Assembly: GCA_963711565.1 (NCBI GenBank)
Contig: CAVQEQ010000003.1
Span: 192,001-256,000, forward strand
DNA: 64,000 nucleotides
Origin: an uncultured delta proteobacterium
GTDB taxonomy: Bacteria; Desulfobacterota; Binatia; Binatales; Binataceae
Direction of reading: 5' to 3'
Within the stretch, counting starts at the first letter, position 1, and the number at the start of each line of letters is the position of its first letter. Positions 9,596-19,468 of this stretch are shown one piece after another. The notes below the pieces were generated by a model. It was not told the DNA's origin and ran no database searches. It saw only the letters and a list, made by a program, of their open reading frames with translations. A program made the position numbers and the translations under genes.

Positions 9596-10234
9596 CTACG
9601 CGAGATCGCGAATCCTTTCGTACCATCGACTGACGTTTTTGAAATCTTTCACCGTCGCAAAGCTCGCTGGGTTGAGCGTTAGAAAAAACAGCGGGTGGTA
9701 CACTGACGCGTCCGCCATCGTGAAGCTCTTGCCCAGAATGAAATCCTTGCCCGCGAGCTGATCGTCGATCATCCGCAAATGACTCGCGAGCTGCTCCTTC
9801 ATCGGCACGTGACTCTCACGCATCTGCGCCGTCGTCATCCCGATCAGCTTCTCGCGATTCGCCTTCAGCTTCGCGTCGCCCGCCGCGTCGAGTAAATCGG
9901 GAATCGTCAAAAACAAAATCGGCATGAAAAACGTGTTATCGGCCCAATTGTCGACCAGCTCGATCAGCAGGCGCGACTCGTCGGGAATCACGCGGTTCGC
10001 CGGCAATTTGCGATCGAGCCACTTGATTATGTCCGCGGAGTTGTAAACCACCTCGCCGTCCCATTCGAGCACCGGCACCCGCGTCCACGCGCCTTTGGTC
10101 ACGGCGAGCAGGTTGGTCTTGTCCTCGTAATGGCAGTCGATCGGATGCCACTTGAGATGCTTGTAGATGAGCACGCGCCGCACCTTCTCGGAGAACGGCG
10201 AGATTGGATACTGATAGAGATTTATTTCTCCCAC
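9596..10234 (-). CDS. Glutathione S-transferase family protein
   Basis: ISPFSEKVR, RVPVL, NSADIIKWLD, FTMAD. Confidence 0.85.
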   Translation of the reverse strand: MGEINLYQYPISPFSEKVRRVLIYKHLKWHPIDCHYEDKTNLLAVTKGAWTRVPVLEWDGEVVYNSADIIKWLDRKLPANRVIPDESRLLIELVDNWADNTFFMPILFLTIPDLLDAAGDAKLKANREKLIGMTTAQMRESHVPMKEQLASHLRMIDDQLAGKDFILGKSFTMADASVYHPLFFLTLNPASFATVKDFKNVSRWYERIRDLA

Positions 10235-10238
10235 TTTT

Positions 10239-10676
10239 TCAGAACCTCATCACCTTGAGCGAAAATTCAATATCTTCGCGAATCAAATTCCGAATATGGC
10301 ATCCGCGCTCGGCAACTTCGACCAGTCGATGAAGCTGTTCGTCGTTGGCGCTGGATTCAACTTGAAGTTCTACTTTAATTTCCTTCACATGCCCTTTTTC
10401 GTTGGCGCGAGCATGCACCGACGCTCGGCCGAGATGGACTTTGCGCACGCGCGCAGCGACTCGGAGCGACATCAGCAGACATCCACCAAGCGCGCCAAGG
10501 AACGACGACACCGGATCGGGCGCAGCCGCATCTTCGCCCGACAGCCGCCACCGCAGCGCATCGTACTTCACCTCGGCGCTGAGCGAATCGCCCGCCGAAT
10601 CGACGATGACGTCGCGATGATGCGTCGGTTCCTGCGATGGATCTGCGGCTGGCACATTGGGCACGTCGTCCTCCAA
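10239..10676 (-). CDS. OsmC family protein
   Basis: PDPVSSFLGALGGC ... AERGCHI. Confidence 0.75.
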   Translation of the reverse strand: MEDDVPNVPAADPSQEPTHHRDVIVDSAGDSLSAEVKYDALRWRLSGEDAAAPDPVSSFLGALGGCLLMSLRVAARVRKVHLGRASVHARANEKGHVKEIKVELQVESSANDEQLHRLVEVAERGCHIRNLIREDIEFSLKVMRF

Positions 10677-10801
10677 CGCCCAACCCTAGCCGAGACGACG
10701 ACTTTTCTACAAACCGTTCCTTCAGGGAATTGGACGCGATCACCCTGCTACTCGATTTTTTCGCGCCGAAGTATCATCGTAGATTGCAACCGAGGCGCGC
10801 T

Positions 10802-11644
10802 ATGAAAAAGCATCTCACCGTCATTCTCGTCGCGACAACGCTGATCGTCACCACGGTCCTCTCGCGTGCCGTCGCCGACGACCTGGAGGCGAACGACAAG
10901 GACGCGGTCTGCACCACCGGTGCGGCTGGCCAGATGGGCCTGCACCTGAGATTGAGCGACCACATGACGATGACCGAGTCGCGGCCGATGACGCCGGCGG
11001 ACACTGAGCGCGGCGAAAAGATCATCGCGACGATGCGCGCGAAGCTCGCCAAGTACGAGGACTACAAGGTCGCGATCGCCGACGGCTACCAGCCTTACAT
11101 GGAATCGGTGCCGCAGGACGTCTATCACTTCGCCAATCGCGAGCTGACGGCCTCCGAGTACATGGGCGACTTCGATCTCGCGCACCCCGGCTCGCTCCTC
11201 TACGAGAAGAAAATGTTTGGTGGATACAAGCTGGTCGGCGCGATGTACGACGCGCCCGAGGGCGATACTCCTGAGCAACTCGACGCGCTGATCCCGCTGA
11301 GCCTTTCCCATTGGCACGCGCACACCAATATCTGCCTCCCCAACGGCGTGACCGAGGCCGACGTAATGAACGGCAACATCGCGGCCAGGATGCGGCCGGA
11401 TATTTCCTCGGCGGGCGATGCCCCCGAGCAGTTTGGTCGCGGCGGTGGCGCGGGTGAGTCCGTACGGATGCGCGTCGGCTACCTGGCCGATCCGCGTTTC
11501 GGCTTCACCGGCACGATTTCAAATCAGGCTGACTGCGAGGCGGCGGACGGAAATTTTCACAAGCAGATTTTCGGCTGGATGATCCACGTCTACCCGTTCG
11601 CAAGCGACGATATGAAGGTAGCGTTCAGCCTCGAAGCACCGTGA
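10802..11644 (+). CDS. Secreted hypothetical protein (His motifs)
   Basis: Signal peptide MKKHLTVILV, YHF, PGSLLY, WHAHTNIC, GWMIHVY. Confidence 0.7.
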   Translation: MKKHLTVILVATTLIVTTVLSRAVADDLEANDKDAVCTTGAAGQMGLHLRLSDHMTMTESRPMTPADTERGEKIIATMRAKLAKYEDYKVAIADGYQPYMESVPQDVYHFANRELTASEYMGDFDLAHPGSLLYEKKMFGGYKLVGAMYDAPEGDTPEQLDALIPLSLSHWHAHTNICLPNGVTEADVMNGNIAARMRPDISSAGDAPEQFGRGGGAGESVRMRVGYLADPRFGFTGTISNQADCEAADGNFHKQIFGWMIHVYPFASDDMKVAFSLEAP

Positions 11645-11660
11645 CACGGACGCCCACTGC

Positions 11661-12299
11661 TTAGTCCGCCGCAGTGATGCGGTACGCGCAGCGCCGCGCG
11701 CCGGCCAGGATGTGATCGATTCGTTCGACCCGCGCCTTGTCGCCGAGCACGGAGCGGAACAGCGACAGTTCTTCGCGGCATAGGCCCTGGCAAGTGGCTG
11801 CCGCGGCGCAGATCGGGCAATGATTCTCCGCCAACAGCATCGAGCCGTCCGGCATCCGCGAGCATTCGGCCATGTAGCCCTGCTCGCGTCGAATCTCGGC
11901 CAACGCGTGCGCGCGCTTTGCGATCGAAGTCCCCGTCGGGCGAAGCCGCCTGCGATATTCCTCGATCTGGCGGCGCGTCCTCTCGCGCAGCAACTTGTCC
12001 ATCCCGGCTTCGCCGAACGCCGCGCGCACGGCGCCGATGATCTCGACCGTCAGGTCGCCATGAGTGTCGGGAAAGCGCTCGGCCGCTGCGCTAGTCAATC
12101 TCCACACTCGCGCGGGCCGTCCCACCTTGCGCCGCTCGTCGGTGTATTCGACCAGGCCCTCGACCCTCAGGCGATAAAGATGTTGCCGCACCGCCATCGC
12201 CGTGACGCCGAGGCGCCGCGCGACCTGGGCCGCCGCTTGCGGTCCTCGCGTCTTGAGCTGGAACAGGACGCCCTCCTCCGCGCGCGCATCGTGCTTCAT
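11661..12299 (-). CDS. SufR-like HTH transcriptional regulator (Cys-rich, probable Fe-S/metal sensor)
   Basis: ArsR/DeoR-type HTH VRQHL, GRP wing, ENHCPIC-x5-C-x3-C ... RRCAY. ATG lies 8 nt after the -10 box, so likely leaderless. Confidence 0.85.
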   Translation of the reverse strand: MKHDARAEEGVLFQLKTRGPQAAAQVARRLGVTAMAVRQHLYRLRVEGLVEYTDERRKVGRPARVWRLTSAAAERFPDTHGDLTVEIIGAVRAAFGEAGMDKLLRERTRRQIEEYRRRLRPTGTSIAKRAHALAEIRREQGYMAECSRMPDGSMLLAENHCPICAAAATCQGLCREELSLFRSVLGDKARVERIDHILAGARRCAYRITAAD

Positions 12300-12307
12300 G
12301 AATTGAG

Positions 12308-12372
12308 ATGGTACCGAACGTGACACGTTAGTCAAGCGGCCGCTTGACTTAGTATATAAAGCGAGTACTTTA
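12308..12372. promoter_or_regulatory. Divergent promoters and operator
   Basis: Perfect palindrome AGTCAAGCGGCCGCTTGACT (12330-12349) supplies TTGACT on both strands. -10 boxes TACCAT (minus) and TACTTT (plus), each at 16 nt. TAAAG-N6-CTTTA at 12357-12372. Confidence 0.65.
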
Positions 12373-12403
12373 CAAATTATCGACCAGCGAGGAGGACGCA
12401 TCG

Positions 12404-14176
12404 ATGAATACGCAATCGATCGAACCCGCCAACCGCACTTTCGTTCGCGCCGCATCGCTCACCGACCTGCCCCCGGGCGGCCACCTGACCGTCAACCTCG
12501 ACGGCCACGTGATCGCGCTGTTCCATACGCCCGAGGGAACCTTCGCGGTGGACAATCGATGCCCCCACATGGGCTTCCCTCTAGATCGCGGCACGGTGAA
12601 GGATTGCATCCTCACCTGCCACTGGCATCACGCGCGCTTCGACCTGCACAGCGGCGGCGCCTTCGATCCGTGGGCCGACAACGTCCGCGCGTTCCCGGTC
12701 AAGCTCGAAGGCGGCGACATCTGGATCGATCTGGCACCGCGCGGCGACTCTCGCCGGCATCGCGTCGAGCGCCTGCGCGACGGCATCGAGTGCAACCTCT
12801 CGCTCGTCATCGGCAAGTCGGTGATCGCGATGCTCGACGACACCGGCGACGCGCGCGAGCCGTTTCGCATCGGACTCGAATTCGGCACGCACTATCGGCG
12901 CGACGGCTGGGGCGCGGGCCTGACCACCCTCACCTGCTTGATGAACCTGGTCCCGATTCTGCGCGACGAGGATCGCGCGCGTGCGATGTTCCACGGGCTG
13001 TGCTCGGTGGCCAACGACTCCGACGGCCATCCGCCGCGGTTCGAGATGCGCCCGCTGCCCGGCAACGGCGCGAGTCTCGCGGAGATCAAGCGATGGCTGC
13101 GCAAGTTCGTCGAGGTCCGCGACACCGAGGGCGCCGAGCGATGCATCGTCTCAGCCGTGCGCACAGGAGCCGCGCCGCGTGAGGTCGCCGACATGATGTT
13201 CGCCGCGGCGACCGACCATCGCTATCTCGACGGCGGTCACACACTCGATTTCAGCAACAAGGCGTTCGAGGCGCTCGATCACGCGGGATGGGATCTTGCC
13301 GAACCGGTGCTCGCCAGCCTCGCGCGCGGCTACGCGACCGGCGATCGAATGGAAGAATCCAACTCGTGGCGGAATCCGGTCAACCTCGTCGCGATTCTCG
13401 AAGCCGCGTTCGAGCACATTTCCGATGCGCTGGCACTGGGCCGGCGTGCCAGCCGCTCATCGGATCAATTCGGCCGCGATGCGCTTGTGCCCGTAATCCT
13501 CGGCGACGATCCTCAAGCTATCGTCAACGCGATGCTCGCTGCGCTGCGCGAAGGATGCGCGCCCGCGGACCTCGCAGGCGCTGTTGCGTATGCTGCCGCG
13601 CTGCGGATTGCGCGCTTCCCTGTCAGCAACGAGTTTGGCGATTGGGATACCGCCCATCACAGCTTCACATTTGCCAACGCCGTTCATCAGTCGGCGCGCC
13701 GGGTCAGCTCGCCGGAATTGGTGCGCGGAATTTTCGACGCCGCAACGACGGTCTATCTCGACCGATTTCTAAATGTGCCCGCCGCAAAACTCCCGGAGCT
13801 GAATGGCGCGCGGAACGGAAAGAGCGCATCGAATCGACTCGCCGAGTTGCCCGCCTTGCTCGATCGTCAACAGCAGGTGAATCAGGCGGGCGCGCTGGTT
13901 GCCGAATATCTTGCCGCTGACGCAGCCACCGACGCATTGCTCGCAACGCTCGGCAGTACCTTGCTCCGTGAGGACCGCGACTTTCATACGATCCAGGATG
14001 TCGAGGCCGCTGTCCGCCAGTACTCGATCCTGAAAGGAACTCCCGCGGCTGCGCACGTGCTCATCGCGACGACGCGCTACCTCGCTGCTCACGCTCCCAC
14101 TGTTCGCGCGCAGGCGCAGACCTATCAGATAGCGTTGCGGTTGAATCGCGGCGAGCACGTCTTCGACGAAAATTGA
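12404..14176 (+). CDS. Rieske [2Fe-2S] domain fused to a large helical His-motif region
   Basis: CPH...CHWH Rieske motif, then GGHTLDF, AHHSFTF, DFHTIQ. Confidence 0.85.
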   Translation: MNTQSIEPANRTFVRAASLTDLPPGGHLTVNLDGHVIALFHTPEGTFAVDNRCPHMGFPLDRGTVKDCILTCHWHHARFDLHSGGAFDPWADNVRAFPVKLEGGDIWIDLAPRGDSRRHRVERLRDGIECNLSLVIGKSVIAMLDDTGDAREPFRIGLEFGTHYRRDGWGAGLTTLTCLMNLVPILRDEDRARAMFHGLCSVANDSDGHPPRFEMRPLPGNGASLAEIKRWLRKFVEVRDTEGAERCIVSAVRTGAAPREVADMMFAAATDHRYLDGGHTLDFSNKAFEALDHAGWDLAEPVLASLARGYATGDRMEESNSWRNPVNLVAILEAAFEHISDALALGRRASRSSDQFGRDALVPVILGDDPQAIVNAMLAALREGCAPADLAGAVAYAAALRIARFPVSNEFGDWDTAHHSFTFANAVHQSARRVSSPELVRGIFDAATTVYLDRFLNVPAAKLPELNGARNGKSASNRLAELPALLDRQQQVNQAGALVAEYLAADAATDALLATLGSTLLREDRDFHTIQDVEAAVRQYSILKGTPAAAHVLIATTRYLAAHAPTVRAQAQTYQIALRLNRGEHVFDEN

Positions 14177-14189
14177 CGGCAGGTGAAAA

Positions 14190-15245
14190 ATGAATCCCGC
14201 TGATTACTCCGCCCTCGATGAGACGCTCGAAATCATGGCGCCGATGGGTCCCGACCTGAGCAACGGCTTCTCCAATCACGCGCCGATGGCGATTGAAGCG
14301 ATGTGTGCGATGGGCCGTCGCGACGCCGTGATGCCGTGGTTCGAGCGCTACCGACACTCGCTGGCGCCGCGTCGTGCCCGGGTCGCGCGGCTTACTGACG
14401 ACGGCTGGCGCGCCGCGCTGGGAGATCAACGCCGCACCGAAGATTGGTTCGAGTTCTTTCGCAACGAACTCGAGGGCCGCCCGTGGCCTGCTGTGCTCGA
14501 CACCTGGGCCGAACGGCTCGCGCCCGGTCTGATGGCGGCCGCGACGCACGGCGTGATTCGTACCGGGCACGCAACGCGAGCGATCGCACTCGATGACAAT
14601 CCCGCGCGCCGGCGCGAACTGGCCGACGGTCTCGCATACTGGGCGGCCGATTATATGCCGCTTCCCGCCGAGCGGCATCGGCCTGCTCGCGCGACGCCGT
14701 CGGCTGCGATCGCTCGCGTGCAAATCATTCCGCCGGGAACTCGCCGCGGCAACTTCGGTGCGTTCACCGACGCGCTCGCGCAGCTCGATTCCTTTCCGCC
14801 ATTCAAGGATACGCTCGACGCCGTCGATCCTTCCGGCGACCCGCACGCGTTCCTCTCCGATCTGACTGCTACCTTTGCGCGCGTCTTTCTCGCCAATGCC
14901 CACGACACTTACACGACTATCGCGTTCGTCCACGCCGTCACCGGCCCGTCAGCTCTGCGCCCGATGCTTCCGTACCTGCGCGATACAACCACGCAGGCCG
15001 CGCTCGCATACGCATGGCAAACGGCCGCAGCGATGTATGGAACTTTCGGCACGCGGACTGACCTCTCACGGCTCGGCGAGATTAAGGTCGAGAACCCGGA
15101 TGAACTCATCGCTCGTGCGATCGCGTGTGGTGACGAGCACGCGATCAAATTCACCGAGGTTTGTTTACGCGAGTTCGCGCTGATTCCGGACCCGGCTTTT
15201 CCCGCGGCCGCCGATCATGCGATTCGAATGCTGAGCGCTACTTGA
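14190..15245 (+). CDS. Questin oxidase family (BTG13/GedK-like) metalloenzyme
   Basis: NHAPM, ATHGVIR, VHAVT, GDEHAIK. Confidence 0.8.
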   Translation: MNPADYSALDETLEIMAPMGPDLSNGFSNHAPMAIEAMCAMGRRDAVMPWFERYRHSLAPRRARVARLTDDGWRAALGDQRRTEDWFEFFRNELEGRPWPAVLDTWAERLAPGLMAAATHGVIRTGHATRAIALDDNPARRRELADGLAYWAADYMPLPAERHRPARATPSAAIARVQIIPPGTRRGNFGAFTDALAQLDSFPPFKDTLDAVDPSGDPHAFLSDLTATFARVFLANAHDTYTTIAFVHAVTGPSALRPMLPYLRDTTTQAALAYAWQTAAAMYGTFGTRTDLSRLGEIKVENPDELIARAIACGDEHAIKFTEVCLREFALIPDPAFPAAADHAIRMLSAT

Positions 15246-15918
15246 GGCCGCAGTAAACGGCAAAGATCAGGTTCTTGTACGCGCAATCGATATCGCGGAA
15301 CCCGGCTTCGCGCAGCCATTCGAGCTGATCCTCTAGCGTCGCCGCGCGATCGAACTTCATCCGCTCGAGCGCCGCCGCGAGGTCGCGATCGTCCACGCCT
15401 AATTCGCGCACCCGCGTGACCCATCGCTCGTGATGGAACTTATGCCGCTCCGGCGTCGCGCAGCGAAACTGCTCGGCGTTGACGAACACGCCGCCGTCGT
15501 TGAGCGCGCCGTAGATTCGATCGAACAGCGAGCGCTTCTGCTCGTCGCCAAGGTGATGGATCGACAGGGCTGAAACGACCGCGTCGTACTTTTCCTGGAT
15601 TCGATCGACGCCGTAGTCGGAGACCTCGAAGCGGAAACGCTCGCCCGCCAGTTCGAAGCGCGCACGCGCGCGCTCGAGCATCTCGTTCGAGATATCGACC
15701 ATCGTGATCCGCGCGTTTGGGAAGTTGTACGCGATAAACGCCGCCATCAGCCCCGTGCCGGCGCCGAGATCGAGAACCTTGAGCGGGCTCTCGCGCGGGA
15801 ACTGGATCAGATCGATTGCCGCGCGATAGAAGTCGTCGAACCCAGGCACCAGCCGACGCCGCGTGCGGTCGTAGTCCTCCGCCGCCAGATCGAACGCGTG
15901 CTGTACTGAATTCGCCAT
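15238..15918 (-). CDS. Class I SAM-dependent methyltransferase (CmoA-like)
   Basis: VLDLGAGTG, SALSIHHL. Confidence 0.85.
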   Translation of the reverse strand: MANSVQHAFDLAAEDYDRTRRRLVPGFDDFYRAAIDLIQFPRESPLKVLDLGAGTGLMAAFIAYNFPNARITMVDISNEMLERARARFELAGERFRFEVSDYGVDRIQEKYDAVVSALSIHHLGDEQKRSLFDRIYGALNDGGVFVNAEQFRCATPERHKFHHERWVTRVRELGVDDRDLAAALERMKFDRAATLEDQLEWLREAGFRDIDCAYKNLIFAVYCGLK

Positions 15919-15990
15919 CTGAAGATTGTGCGGACGCGACGGTCGTGAATCAACCGCACGCTTGAGACGGCTATCTGGACTGCCGCCCCG

Positions 15991-16245
15991 CTACTTGCCG
16001 AGTTTCGTCATTCCTTTCTTGCGCCGCTCGGCCCATCGCTTCTTCATCAGCTCCGACAGCCGCTTGCGACCTTCTTTGCTGATACCGCCGCGCCGCTTTC
16101 TGGTCTTGGCGGCTGCCTTAGGACCAGGTTTCCGGCCTCGCTTCTTTCCGGTAGACGCGGATCCTACGCCTACCAGGGCCGCGATCGCTTTCACAAGCCG
16201 ATCTTTTTCCTTCGTCAGGTCTGCAACGATTTTGTCGATCTCCAA
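15991..16245 (-). CDS. Small Lys/Arg-rich probable nucleoid-associated DNA-binding protein
   Basis: TTG start with GGAGGAG RBS, N-terminal coiled coil, KKRGRKPG, GRKRLSELMKKRWAERR. Confidence 0.7.
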   Translation of the reverse strand: MEIDKIVADLTKEKDRLVKAIAALVGVGSASTGKKRGRKPGPKAAAKTRKRRGGISKEGRKRLSELMKKRWAERRKKGMTKLGK

Positions 16246-16302
16246 GTAAGTGCTCCTCCAGGTCCCCAATAAGGATGCTTATCCAGTTGTTACTGCAGCA
16301 TA

Positions 16303-16347
16303 TCCAACAATTATAATTGCTGGAAGGGACAAGAATTGCAATTCTTG
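16303..16347. promoter_or_regulatory. Two AT-rich palindromes upstream of the basic-protein gene
   Basis: TCCAACAATTATAATTGCTGGA (16303-16324) and perfect CAAGAATTGCAATTCTTG (16330-16347). Confidence 0.5.
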
Positions 16348-16389
16348 CCGGCTAGGACTCGAACCCTTTCCTTAGCCTTAGGACTCGGA

Positions 16390-18081
16390 TTATGCGCCGG
16401 CGTGGCCGTGACGTAGTAGCTTGCCGGGCAGTGAGCCGTCAGACGCGACCTGATCCTTGTTCTCGCGCCGGATGACTGTGCCGTTAACTATCACCGCGTC
16501 GATTCCTTCCGCGTCGGCTACAAGACGATCCTGATTCGCAGGAAGATCGTACACGCGGCGCAGTTTGCTCGCGCCTACTTTGTCGGGATCGAAAATCGTG
16601 ACGTCAGCCGCCAGGCCGGGCACAAGCCGCCCACGATCGGTGATGCCGAATACTTCGGCCGGTCGCGCACTAAGCATCCAGATTGCGCGCTCCATCGGAA
16701 TCGCGCGCTTCTCTCGCACCCAGCGGCCGAGCATGTAGGTCGAGAAGCATGCGTCGCATAGCTGGCTCGCGTGAGCGCCCGCGTCCGAGAGTCCCAGCAC
16801 GGTGTGGCGCCCGGCGAGCAGTTCGGCGACTTCATCTTCGACGTTGTTGAGGATCGACATGCGAAAGCGCGCTTCCAGATTCGACGCCAGCGCCAGGTCG
16901 AGCGCGAGATCGATCGGATCGACGCCGCGCTCGCGCGCCACTTCGTTCAGGTTGCGTTCATCGAGCGATGGATCGCTCGGCGAGAAGGAGATCACCGTGC
17001 GATCCCATCGGTTGGCGAACGCGCCGCGCGAGCCTTCGCCCGCCTTGGACTTGAAGGCGCGGCGGAATTCCGGGTCGGCGTAGATTTTCTTCTTGCCTTC
17101 GAAGTCCGCCGCTGAGACCGGCGCGAACACGCTCATGCTCTCGAAGATAAACGGAGCCTTGAACTGAAATTCGAAATTCAGCGGACGACAGGTAACCTGT
17201 GGGATTATGCTCAGCCCCTCGTCGCACAGTTTCTGTGACGCTTCGAGCGGCCCGCGATGTCCTCCGGGACCGTTCATGCCCGCGAGCAAGGCCGTGTAGG
17301 TAATCGGGCGATGAGTCTCGCGCGCGATTTCCGCAAACTCGCGCAGGAACAACTCGCGTCCTATCGTTGCCTGCATGATTCCATGGCCCGCCTCGCCCAT
17401 CGCCGATGCGAGCGTCCTTATCTCGTCGAAGTCCGACATGCGGCTGGGCACCGGCTTGCCGCTGTAGCCGACGTGGGTCGGCGACTTCGAGGTTGCGAAG
17501 CCAATCGCGCCGGCGTCCATCGCGCGGCGCACAAGAGTCTTCATCTGCGCGACTTCGTCCGTGGTCGCGGAGCGTTCGGTCGCCTCCTCGCCCATCACGT
17601 ACAGTCTTATCGGCGTATGTCCCACCAGCGCGCCGAGGTTGATCGCGGTGCCGCGGCGCTCGATCGTATCCATGTACTGCTCGAAGCTCTCGAACGGCCA
17701 TTCGTAGCCGAGCCCCGTCTCGAGCGCCTTGAGACTCATCCCTTCGACATTTTCGAGCGTCCGCATGATCAGCCCGCGATGCTCGGGGCGCGTCGGCGCC
17801 ACGCCGAAGCCGCAGTTCCCCATGACAACAGTGGTCACGCCGTGCCATGGCGAGATCGTCATCATGCGATCCCACATCACCTGCGCGTCGTAGTGCGTAT
17901 GAATATCGACGAAGCCCGGCGCCACGACTTTGCCCTTGGCCTCGAGGGTCTCAGCCGCTTTGCCCCTGGCCTCGCCAACCGCCGCGAGCTTGCCATCCTT
18001 GATAGCGACGTCGCCGACACGTCCGGGCGCGCCAGTACCGTCGTAAATCGTGCCGCCTGTGATCTTGAGATCGTAGTCCAT
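16390..18081 (-). CDS. N-acyl-D-amino-acid deacylase family amidohydrolase
   Basis: PGFVDIHTHYD, GNCG, SDAGAH. Confidence 0.9.
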   Translation of the reverse strand: MDYDLKITGGTIYDGTGAPGRVGDVAIKDGKLAAVGEARGKAAETLEAKGKVVAPGFVDIHTHYDAQVMWDRMMTISPWHGVTTVVMGNCGFGVAPTRPEHRGLIMRTLENVEGMSLKALETGLGYEWPFESFEQYMDTIERRGTAINLGALVGHTPIRLYVMGEEATERSATTDEVAQMKTLVRRAMDAGAIGFATSKSPTHVGYSGKPVPSRMSDFDEIRTLASAMGEAGHGIMQATIGRELFLREFAEIARETHRPITYTALLAGMNGPGGHRGPLEASQKLCDEGLSIIPQVTCRPLNFEFQFKAPFIFESMSVFAPVSAADFEGKKKIYADPEFRRAFKSKAGEGSRGAFANRWDRTVISFSPSDPSLDERNLNEVARERGVDPIDLALDLALASNLEARFRMSILNNVEDEVAELLAGRHTVLGLSDAGAHASQLCDACFSTYMLGRWVREKRAIPMERAIWMLSARPAEVFGITDRGRLVPGLAADVTIFDPDKVGASKLRRVYDLPANQDRLVADAEGIDAVIVNGTVIRRENKDQVASDGSLPGKLLRHGHAGA

Positions 18082-18221
18082 CGTCGTGTGCCTCGATTCG
18101 CTATCTATATCGCGCGCGCTTCCATGCGGTCCAGACCGATCGGTATGGAATCGCGGCGTTGTAAAGCTCACAATGCTCTAGTAATAGAAATTCCAGCGCA
18201 ACGGCCAATCGAGGGCATACG

Positions 18222-19319
18222 ATGCAGAAGCCAATTATCTCCGCAGATTCTCATATCACCGAGCCGCCCAACACTTACATCGATCGAATCGATCGCAAGT
18301 ATAAGGATACTGCCCCGCACATGATTCACGACGCGAAGCTCGGCGATGTCTTCATCGTCAAGGACTTCCCGCGTCCGATCAACGTCGCGCTCGCTGCCGC
18401 CGCGGGCAAGGATGCGAGCGAGCTGCGGACTATTGGCGCGAAGTTCGATGAGATGCACAAGGGCGGATGGGATCCCAACGCGCGCATGGCCGACCAGGAT
18501 CGCGACGGCGTCGCCGCCGAAGTCATCTACCCTACAGTCGGCATGGTGCTCTGCAACCATCGCGACTTCGACTACAAGAAAGCATGCTTCGACGCTTACA
18601 ACCTCTGGATAGGCGAGTACTGCGCGGCGCATCCCGATCGGTTGATAGGATGCGGGCAGACTGCGATGCGGTCGGTCGAGGAAGGAATCTCGGACCTGCG
18701 CAAGATGAAGGAACTCGGGCTCAAGGGTGTCATGATGCCCGGTAACCCCGCGCTCGAGGACTACGACAGTCCTATCTATGCGCCTTTCTATGAGGCCGCG
18801 ATCGACCTGCAGATGCCACTGAGCTTTCACATCCTGACCAGCAGCAGCGATAACTTCCAGACCCGCGGGCCCAAGCTGAACAGCTTCCTGTCGATCATCC
18901 GCGGATGCCAGGACATTATCGGCACTTTCGTTCTCGGCGGAGTTTTCGAGCGTCATCCAAAGTTGAAAGTAGTATGCGTCGAGGCTGACGCCGGATGGGT
19001 GCCGCACTATATGTATCGGATGGATCATGCATACGACCGGCATCGCTACTGGCTACCGGCCGGCACGCTTACCAAAATGCCTAGTGAGTATTTCCGCGAG
19101 AACGTTTACACTACCTTCCAGGACGACTATGTAGCATTCCAAGTCCGCAATCTTTGCAACATCAAACGCCTGATGTGGGCGAGCGACTTCCCCCATAGCG
19201 ACTCGACCTGGCCGTGGTCGCAGGACGTCATCAGCAAGCACACCGTCGGAATGACCGCGGACGAGAAGAACCTGGTGCTGCACGACAACGTCGCGGAACT
19301 GTACCATCTGAGCATCTAG
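18222..19319 (+). CDS. Amidohydrolase 2 family protein
   Basis: ISADSH, WASDFPH. Confidence 0.9.
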   Translation: MQKPIISADSHITEPPNTYIDRIDRKYKDTAPHMIHDAKLGDVFIVKDFPRPINVALAAAAGKDASELRTIGAKFDEMHKGGWDPNARMADQDRDGVAAEVIYPTVGMVLCNHRDFDYKKACFDAYNLWIGEYCAAHPDRLIGCGQTAMRSVEEGISDLRKMKELGLKGVMMPGNPALEDYDSPIYAPFYEAAIDLQMPLSFHILTSSSDNFQTRGPKLNSFLSIIRGCQDIIGTFVLGGVFERHPKLKVVCVEADAGWVPHYMYRMDHAYDRHRYWLPAGTLTKMPSEYFRENVYTTFQDDYVAFQVRNLCNIKRLMWASDFPHSDSTWPWSQDVISKHTVGMTADEKNLVLHDNVAELYHLSI

Positions 19320-19468
19320 GGCATATTCGATCCCACGCGACGGATTTTGCCCAGCCGAAGCGACTAACCGATGAGGTTAGCGCTCGAACGGGTAAGGTCT
19401 GCCGTCCAGTGGGTGCACAATTATCGACGGAGAAAGGGCGGTTGGCGTCCGGTCGGAGATTCTCGCTT

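Noticed and set aside
16347-16365. tRNA T-loop-like GGTTCGAGTCCTAGCC on the minus strand
   Set aside because: The T-stem does not pair fully and no other tRNA arms are present.
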